From Flavobacteriales bacterium (GTDB lineage: Bacteria > Bacteroidota > Bacteroidia > Flavobacteriales_C > GCA-002722245): a DNA stretch of 64,000 nucleotides. Under the pieces are notes generated by a model. That model made no database searches and was not told the origin of the DNA. It worked only from the letters and a program-made list of their open reading frames with translations. This document shows positions 59,301-64,000 of this stretch, one piece after another; the stretch's first letter is position 1, and the number at the start of each line of letters is the position of its first letter. The position numbers were made by a program, and so were the translations under genes. The stretch is taken from positions 25,394 to 89,393 of the forward strand of contig JAHEZM010000009.1 in the NCBI GenBank assembly GCA_023251075.1, in the 5' to 3' direction.

Positions 59301-60742
59301 TTTCATTTACTGATATTTCTACAGGAAATGTGGCTTCCAGAAGCTGGGATTTAGCCAATGGTTCTCCAACTTTACCTGTGGTTACGGTATCAACTACTTA
59401 CAATGCGCCAGGAGTTTATAATGCTAAACTAACAGTAACTTCTTCTTTTGGTTGTGCTGATGATACCATTCGTCCGTTTAATGTGGTTGGCCCAGTTGCC
59501 GATTTCACTTTATCGAAATCTTTAATTTGTGTGGGTGATGATGTTACTTTAACAATGACTGGTCAGGTGGATGTAGATTCATGGGAATGGGATTTTGGTG
59601 GTGTGGTTGAACAAGGAGGTAATCCTAAAACACATAAATTCGATTTTTATCCTCCAGGTGGAGTAAACAATGTTACTTTAGTTGTTTATTCTTTAGGTAA
59701 AGCTTGTTTTTATCCTATCATTAAACCTTTAAATTTCCACGCAACACACGCCAATTTTGGGTTAAGTGATACCACTTTGTGTGTTGGTCAAACATTAACT
59801 GTAACTGATTCATCTGCCGGAGCCGATACTTATCAATGGGTTGTAACACCAGGCTCAACTTATAGTAGTCAGAATTTCCCTGCTCAAAGTTTTGCTACAG
59901 CAGGAAATTATACTATATCATCAAGAGTTTCAGATGTTCCTTTTGGCTGTAAAGATACCATGACTAAAAGTTTTGTGGTAAATCCTCTCCCTTCATTTAC
60001 AGTGAATAATGCTACTATTTGTCAGGGAGCATCAGCTACATTAACGGCTACTAATAATGTGGCTTATACTTATAGCTGGACTCCTACTACCAATTTATCA
60101 GCGCCAACATCTTCCACCACTTTAGCTTCTCCTCCTTCAACACAGGTTTATACTGCAACTGTAACGGTTGCTGCAACAGGTTGTACAGATAGCAAGAATT
60201 CTACGGTTACCGTTTACGGCCCTATTACTAATTTCCCTTTTGATACCGCATGTATTGCGGGTGGTCAAACGATTACTTTAGGGCAAGATTTAGGTCCGAA
60301 TTATGTGTATTCTTGGACAACAGGAACTACCAAGGGGTTGAGCTGTACGGATTGCCCGATAACGAAAGCAAAAATTACAGAAGATGCTACCTTTAAATTT
60401 GTGGTAACAGATGTGAACTCTTGTTATTCCAGCACTTCAACTTATGTTATTTGCATCTTACCGGATCATACTTTAGATGTACCCTCTGCCTTTACTCCAA
60501 ATGATGATGGTGTAAATGATGTGGTTTATGCTGATGGTTGGGGTGTAGAAAAGTTATTGCATTTCCGAATTTTTAATCGCTGGGGCGAATTAATCTTTGA
60601 AACGGATGATATAAAAGTAGGCTGGAATGGTAATTATAAAGGTTCACCACAACCCAATGATTCTTATGTTTATCAGGTAGATGCTGTTTTTTATGGTGGA
60701 GAAACCAAAACCAAAACAGGTTCTATCACTTTGATTAGATAA
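56357..60742 (+). CDS. giant PKD-repeat cell-surface protein with a type-B T9SS / gliding-motility-associated C-terminal domain
   Basis: 1461 aa with a signal peptide and at least 12 PKD-like repeats ('F.D.S.G....W.WDFGDG..S..QNP.H.Y...G.Y.V.L.V....GC.D'). The C-terminus 'VPSAFTPNDDGVNDVVYADGWGVEKLLHFRIFNRWGELIFE...GWNGNYKG...YVYQV' matches the gliding-motility CTD (TIGR04131) pattern. Confidence 0.85.
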   Translation: MTISVCKNLTLIEKTKRIGLLLFFFLVAQFSYSQITADVTDGCAPLTVKFTHITGASNDSWQFGDASSSNLPTPTHIYSVPGTYTVNYTGTNGGAVSGSMTITVHPKPTAKFTAVPTHGCIPLAVQFTDQSTGGGGSAVTGWQWTYGDGGSNNTTQNPLYSFSLVGSFNVILIATDANGCSDDTVWTTPIVTTNNPPNANFTASATQSCTAPLTVTFNSTSTNGNGGVLSWNWDFGNGTTSTLEHPAAVTYNTVGNYFAKLVVSESNGCSDSLTVPIIVNKPLASFSMTNDTICPFFGYQFTNLSLGATSYAWDFGNGKVSNQINPVTGYSVPGTYNVKLTASANGCSDDTTIAVVVENVVANFSRVPSYYCDFPMNVQYTDLSSPDIISWAWTFGDTKTSNQQNPSHSFQKPDGSEYTVYDPIHENNELIVTSAQGCKDTIVKTDTIWPIVGRLQPDVAEGCVPLTVNFSDSSRSKEPITAYKWRFGDGDTSIVQNPTHTYVAVGEYKVTVDVTNSAGCRDTSYEIVIRVGEPTSPNFSISPATVCPQDTVTLTNLTTHDSTDTWHYTADASNLSSCPGDASVKWLFGSVTGPQDITLTTGFNGCYADTTIQNAVMVNGPIAHLKFSALCVAPMDYTFVADTSDADSWTWIFGEGGVGDTIKNSTDTLVTHTYAGSGNYWARIIAHNNTSGCADFVDSVLVKVRDIKALITQDSVICEKVPHTFNAAGSSDVFSACNNGYRWDWGDGSPPDLNGINTYTHTYADTGVYSIRLITTAETGCKDTNFFDVKVFGIKADFLADKITGCLPLTVNFTDQSVSDTTVTQWTWKWADGTLNGTTQNPSHTYFGGSPSYTVKLIAQDALGCIDSTTKVITPYYPAPNFTGPTQVCTGTPHATVFNATGTNLASYSWNFNDGTGLQSGNNITHAFSPAGSYAVKLVVTDTHGCMDSITKNNYVQVQDYPVAAFTSDADNVSPLCYPKQISFTDISTGNVASRSWDLANGSPTLPVVTVSTTYNAPGVYNAKLTVTSSFGCADDTIRPFNVVGPVADFTLSKSLICVGDDVTLTMTGQVDVDSWEWDFGGVVEQGGNPKTHKFDFYPPGGVNNVTLVVYSLGKACFYPIIKPLNFHATHANFGLSDTTLCVGQTLTVTDSSAGADTYQWVVTPGSTYSSQNFPAQSFATAGNYTISSRVSDVPFGCKDTMTKSFVVNPLPSFTVNNATICQGASATLTATNNVAYTYSWTPTTNLSAPTSSTTLASPPSTQVYTATVTVAATGCTDSKNSTVTVYGPITNFPFDTACIAGGQTITLGQDLGPNYVYSWTTGTTKGLSCTDCPITKAKITEDATFKFVVTDVNSCYSSTSTYVICILPDHTLDVPSAFTPNDDGVNDVVYADGWGVEKLLHFRIFNRWGELIFETDDIKVGWNGNYKGSPQPNDSYVYQVDAVFYGGETKTKTGSITLIR

Positions 60743-60749
60743 TAAAAAA

Positions 60750-60779
60750 CCTTCCGGTGAATTTCTTCAAACCGGAAGG
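60750..60779 (+). terminator. stem-loop 8 nt after the PKD gene stop
   Basis: 'ccttccggt-gaatttcttcaa-accggaagg' is a 9-bp stem flanked by A-runs on both sides. Confidence 0.5.
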
Positions 60780-60833
60780 CCAAAAAACAGAATACTTCTT
60801 CAAAAGCTTTTCAAAAGTTATGCCAGCATATTA

Positions 60834-60841
60834 TACCTTTG
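60834..60841 (+). promoter_or_regulatory. candidate Bacteroidota sigma-A -7 element (TAnnTTTG) for the MBOAT gene
   Basis: 'TAccTTTG' sits 15 nt upstream of the 60856 start codon. The -33 TTG element is not clearly identifiable. Confidence 0.3.
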
Positions 60842-60855
60842 CAACTGATTTGTAA

Positions 60856-62235
60856 TTGAATATGTTGTTAGTTGTTATTTTGTTTCTCGTATTCTTAGTT
60901 CTGTCATTAGAGCTGTTTTACCATAGCAAATTCCGTTTACAAACTTTATTTATTTCTTCTATAGTTTTTCTTGCATTCATTGAATGGATGGCTGTTGTGG
61001 TGCTACTCATCAATATCTGTATAGCATTTTTATTTGCTCAAAAAATAGAAAAAGATAAATGGAAAGACGTCTGGTTTTTTGTTGGAATTGCACTTATATT
61101 ATTTCAGTTGATTGGTATAAAATGGTGGGCGGGTAATATTTCTTTTTCATTTCATTGGATTAGTATTTCTATTGGTTTATCGTTTTATGCTTTGCAAAAT
61201 ATCAGTTATTTGATAGATGTGCGAGCCAAGAAAATAGTGGCAGAAACTAATCTTTTATACTTTTCGATTTTCAATAGTTTTTTCCCTAAAATTCTTTGTG
61301 GCCCCATTATGAAATACCAGGAATTTAAACCGCAATTGCTTACACTTTCTAACTACAAAGAAGAAAATTTGATTTCAGGAATCAATAGGTTTATTTGGGG
61401 TTTAACTAAGAAAATAGTGTTGGCTGATCATTTGGCTTTGATGGTAAAAGAAGTGTTTGATACAACGGAAGAAACACACGGCTTCACGACCTTGATAGCT
61501 GCTTTTATTTTTACGCTTCAGGTGTATATTGATTTTTCTTCCTATACCGATATGGCCATAGGAATTTCAAGAATGTTTGGGTTCAATATACCAGAGAATT
61601 TTGCCTATCCTTTCAGCTCAAAAAGTTTTACTGAATTTTGGAGAAGATGGAATATCACACTCATGAAATGGTTGAATCAGCATTTGTATTTTCCCATTTT
61701 ATTTGTATTCCGGAAGAATATGAAAAAAGCCACTTTTATAGCCATAGCAGTCACTTTACTTTTCTCGGCTTTATGGCATGGTGTAGGGGCAACTTTTATT
61801 TATTGGGGCATAAGTCATATAGCTTTTATTTCTATTGAAATGCTGCTGAGAAATAGGGAAATCAAGGTGAATAAGAATTTACGTGCATTCATTACTATTG
61901 CCGGAATTTCTTTCGCTAACATCTTTTTTCGTGCAAAAGATGTTTCTTCCGCAAAAAAAATGATGAGCGAAATATTTTCTATAAGTGATTTTTTACCGCA
62001 TGATTTTCTTTCTGGCTTTATTAGTGTTTTTGCCAGTGGAGGAGAGCAAATAGATTTCTTTAATTTTATTGTTGTGATGCTTCTTACGCTATTGTTTTTT
62101 GTATTCGAAAGAAGAATTATGGAAAAATTGGTGATCGATAAATTAAATATCACTTGGTTATTTTTCTTGATTGCAATATTGTTGGTGTTTGGTGTGTTTT
62201 CAACTGGCGAAGAATTTATTTATGCCCGATTTTAA
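60856..62235 (+). CDS. MBOAT-family membrane O-acyltransferase (AlgI/DltB-like)
   Basis: 459 aa, polytopic. 'FTEFWRRWNITLMKWLNQHLYFP' and 'LWHGVGATFIYWG' (the conserved MBOAT His) are present. Confidence 0.85.
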   Translation: MNMLLVVILFLVFLVLSLELFYHSKFRLQTLFISSIVFLAFIEWMAVVVLLINICIAFLFAQKIEKDKWKDVWFFVGIALILFQLIGIKWWAGNISFSFHWISISIGLSFYALQNISYLIDVRAKKIVAETNLLYFSIFNSFFPKILCGPIMKYQEFKPQLLTLSNYKEENLISGINRFIWGLTKKIVLADHLALMVKEVFDTTEETHGFTTLIAAFIFTLQVYIDFSSYTDMAIGISRMFGFNIPENFAYPFSSKSFTEFWRRWNITLMKWLNQHLYFPILFVFRKNMKKATFIAIAVTLLFSALWHGVGATFIYWGISHIAFISIEMLLRNREIKVNKNLRAFITIAGISFANIFFRAKDVSSAKKMMSEIFSISDFLPHDFLSGFISVFASGGEQIDFFNFIVVMLLTLLFFVFERRIMEKLVIDKLNITWLFFLIAILLVFGVFSTGEEFIYARF

Positions 62236-63176
62236 TGAGAAGAAAGCTAATCATATTACTCCTCTCTATCTTTCTGTTTTGCTTTGCATTAAATAGCTGG
62301 TATAAAATAGGAATTGCCAATAATTTGAATTTAAAAAGCAGTTATGTTGCTATTGATTCAATCAATGCCAATGTGCTTTTTCATGGACCGTGTGAACCTC
62401 TTTATACTATAGATTCGAAGTATATGGATTCTTTGCTTCACAAAAAAGTGTACAATTTAGGAATGGATCATTCTGATTTTGCAGACAATTATCTGAGTCT
62501 CTATTTGTATTTGCAGAATAATAAAACGCCTGAATGTGTTTATTTATATGTTACTCCTGAATCTTTTGATGAAAGTGTAAATACTTTTCATACTTATCGT
62601 TATGTGCCTTTTTCCGATGATTCTCTAGTTGCATCAGTGATAAACGATTGCGACTCCAGCTATAGAGGATGGAGCCATTTACCTCTATTAAAATATACCT
62701 ATTTCAGTAATCGTTCAACTTTTTTGGCCTTGCAAGGATGGAAGCATTTATTGACTGGTAAAAGCGAGCCTTATTTCCCAGATGGGTATATTCCGTATGA
62801 ATCCCCATCACCAAGATTTATGAGCGAAGAAGACACTATAAAATCCTTCAAGCCCAAAGGTGATTTTACTTGGTCGGTGAATCGCGAAAAGTATTTTATA
62901 AAAACTTTGGAATTGGCTCAACAACGAAAAATGAAAATGGTGATTTATGAATCACCTTCTCTTTCTGAAGTGGTGGAGTGGAGCAGCAATCGTTTAGAAT
63001 TTCTTCAAAAAATAAGAAAAATCGGAAGAAAGCATGGAGTTGAATATTGGATTTTTGATTACGCCGATTTATCTCTTAGCAGTTCTAATTTTATTTCTCC
63101 TCAAATCACTAATATCAAAGCTTCCAGAGTGTTCATGGATATCCTCTATGAGAAGATAAAAGAAATTCATAAATAA
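62235..63176 (+). CDS. membrane-anchored accessory protein translationally coupled to the MBOAT (AlgJ/DltD-like candidate)
   Basis: The start ATG overlaps the MBOAT stop (TAATG at 62233-62237). It has the N-terminal TM 'LIILLLSIFLFCFALNSWYKIG' followed by a soluble domain. The ORF-track start at 62154 is an in-frame upstream extension inside the MBOAT gene. Confidence 0.6.
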   Translation: MRRKLIILLLSIFLFCFALNSWYKIGIANNLNLKSSYVAIDSINANVLFHGPCEPLYTIDSKYMDSLLHKKVYNLGMDHSDFADNYLSLYLYLQNNKTPECVYLYVTPESFDESVNTFHTYRYVPFSDDSLVASVINDCDSSYRGWSHLPLLKYTYFSNRSTFLALQGWKHLLTGKSEPYFPDGYIPYESPSPRFMSEEDTIKSFKPKGDFTWSVNREKYFIKTLELAQQRKMKMVIYESPSLSEVVEWSSNRLEFLQKIRKIGRKHGVEYWIFDYADLSLSSSNFISPQITNIKASRVFMDILYEKIKEIHK

Positions 63177-63235
63177 ATTCAATCGTCACCAATAATTGTA
63201 ATACCTTTGCCTCGCAAACCTTGGGATTGTCATGA

Positions 63236-64000
63236 GTGAAGCTATAAAACATGAGTGCGGTATCGTATTGATACGCTTGTTAAAACCACTAGATTTCTAC
63301 TTGGAGAAGTATGGAAGCACTACCTACGGCCTAAATAAGCTGTGGTTATTGATGGAAAAACAACACAATCGAGGGCAGGATGGTGCAGGTGTTGCTACTA
63401 TAAAATTAGATACCGATCCAGGCAAGAGATACATCAGCAGATATCGTTCAAATTCTCCCCAACCTATCAAAGATATTTTCGAAAAAATAAATTCCTATTT
63501 CCATACACTTCAAGATAAAGCACCTGAAAGATTGCGCGATGCACAATGGATGAAAAACAATGTGCCTTTTATTGGTGAGTTGTTACTAGGCCATTTACGA
63601 TACGGTACTTTTGGTGGAAATAGCGTAGAATATTGTCATCCTTTTTTACGTCAGAATAACTGGAAAACAAGAAATTTGGTTTTAGCAGGAAATTTCAATT
63701 TAACCAATGTTGATGAGCTTTTCGACTTGTTGGTGAAATTAGGGCAACATCCTAAGGAAAAATCAGATACCGTTACGGTGATGGAGAAGATTGGTCATTT
63801 TTTAGATGACATGAATCAAGACCTGTTTCAGAAATATAAGAGCGAGAAAAAAACAAACGAAGACATTTCTAGGTTGATTGCTGATGAGTTAGACGTTCAA
63901 ACTATTCTTTCACGCGCAACCAAGGAGTTTGATGGCGGATATGCCATGGTGGGAATGATAGGACATGGTGATGCTTTTGTATTGAGAGATCCGGCCGGAA
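63236..64000 (+). CDS. purF: amidophosphoribosyltransferase, long Bacteroidota type. Only the N-terminal 255 codons are in the window.
   Basis: 'MSEAIKHECGIVLIRLL' contains the N-terminal nucleophile Cys of a class-II glutamine amidotransferase. 'HNRGQDGAGVAT' and 'LGHLRYGTFG' are present. The gene continues beyond the window. Confidence 0.8.

Noticed and set aside
1-64000. CRISPR arrays, rRNA/tRNA genes, IS elements or integrases
   Set aside because: No regularly spaced direct repeats, no GC-rich tRNA-like cloverleaf candidates in the intergenic regions, and no transposase or integrase-like ORFs were found by reading the window.

Overview
This is a 64-kb AT-rich chromosomal segment from a Bacteroidota-type genome. 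The lineage call rests on several type IX secretion (T9SS) C-terminal sorting domains, a PorP/SprF gene, an OmpA/TolB-like partner, and clusters of lipoproteins. Most of the window is core housekeeping: rnpA-yidD, a YebC-family regulator, purH, mreB-mreC-mreD-mrdA, tatA, dut, lipB, lysS, gpsA, and the 5' end of purF, along with peptidoglycan and envelope genes. I found no rRNA, tRNA or CRISPR array.

Five things go beyond routine annotation:
1. A roughly 90-bp palindromic element with perfect 25-29-bp arms occurs twice, at about 14.15 kb and 29.73 kb. It sits between genes and causes false N-terminal ORF extensions in the six-frame track.
2. A tightly packed minus-strand operon (30.8-37.5 kb) encodes an M48 metalloprotease with an N-terminal cytoplasmic domain, three tandem AIM24/TIGR00266-family paralogs, and a 1205-aa multi-TM histidine kinase with no response regulator nearby. 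I know of no described function for this combination. It is the best candidate for an undescribed system.
3. An SGNH-MBOAT fusion protein plus a second membrane-anchored SGNH protein sit next to a lytic transglycosylase, immediately after mreBCD-mrdA, in the position where rodA would normally be. This looks like a PatA/PatB-like or AlgI/J/X-like O-acetylation module. A second MBOAT with a translationally coupled partner lies at 60.9-63.2 kb.
4. A T9SS locus has a 1461-aa PKD-repeat type-B-CTD cargo gene divergent from a metalloprotease-like/PorP-SprF/OmpA operon.
5. The ORF track missed a tatA gene (58 aa) with a clean terminator. Several other terminator hairpins are present, including a 22-bp perfect inverted repeat after gpsA.

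Some ORF-track starts use alternative codons or are over-extended (lysS, gpsA, the enoyl-CoA hydratase, the MBOAT partner gene). I give corrected starts in the features.
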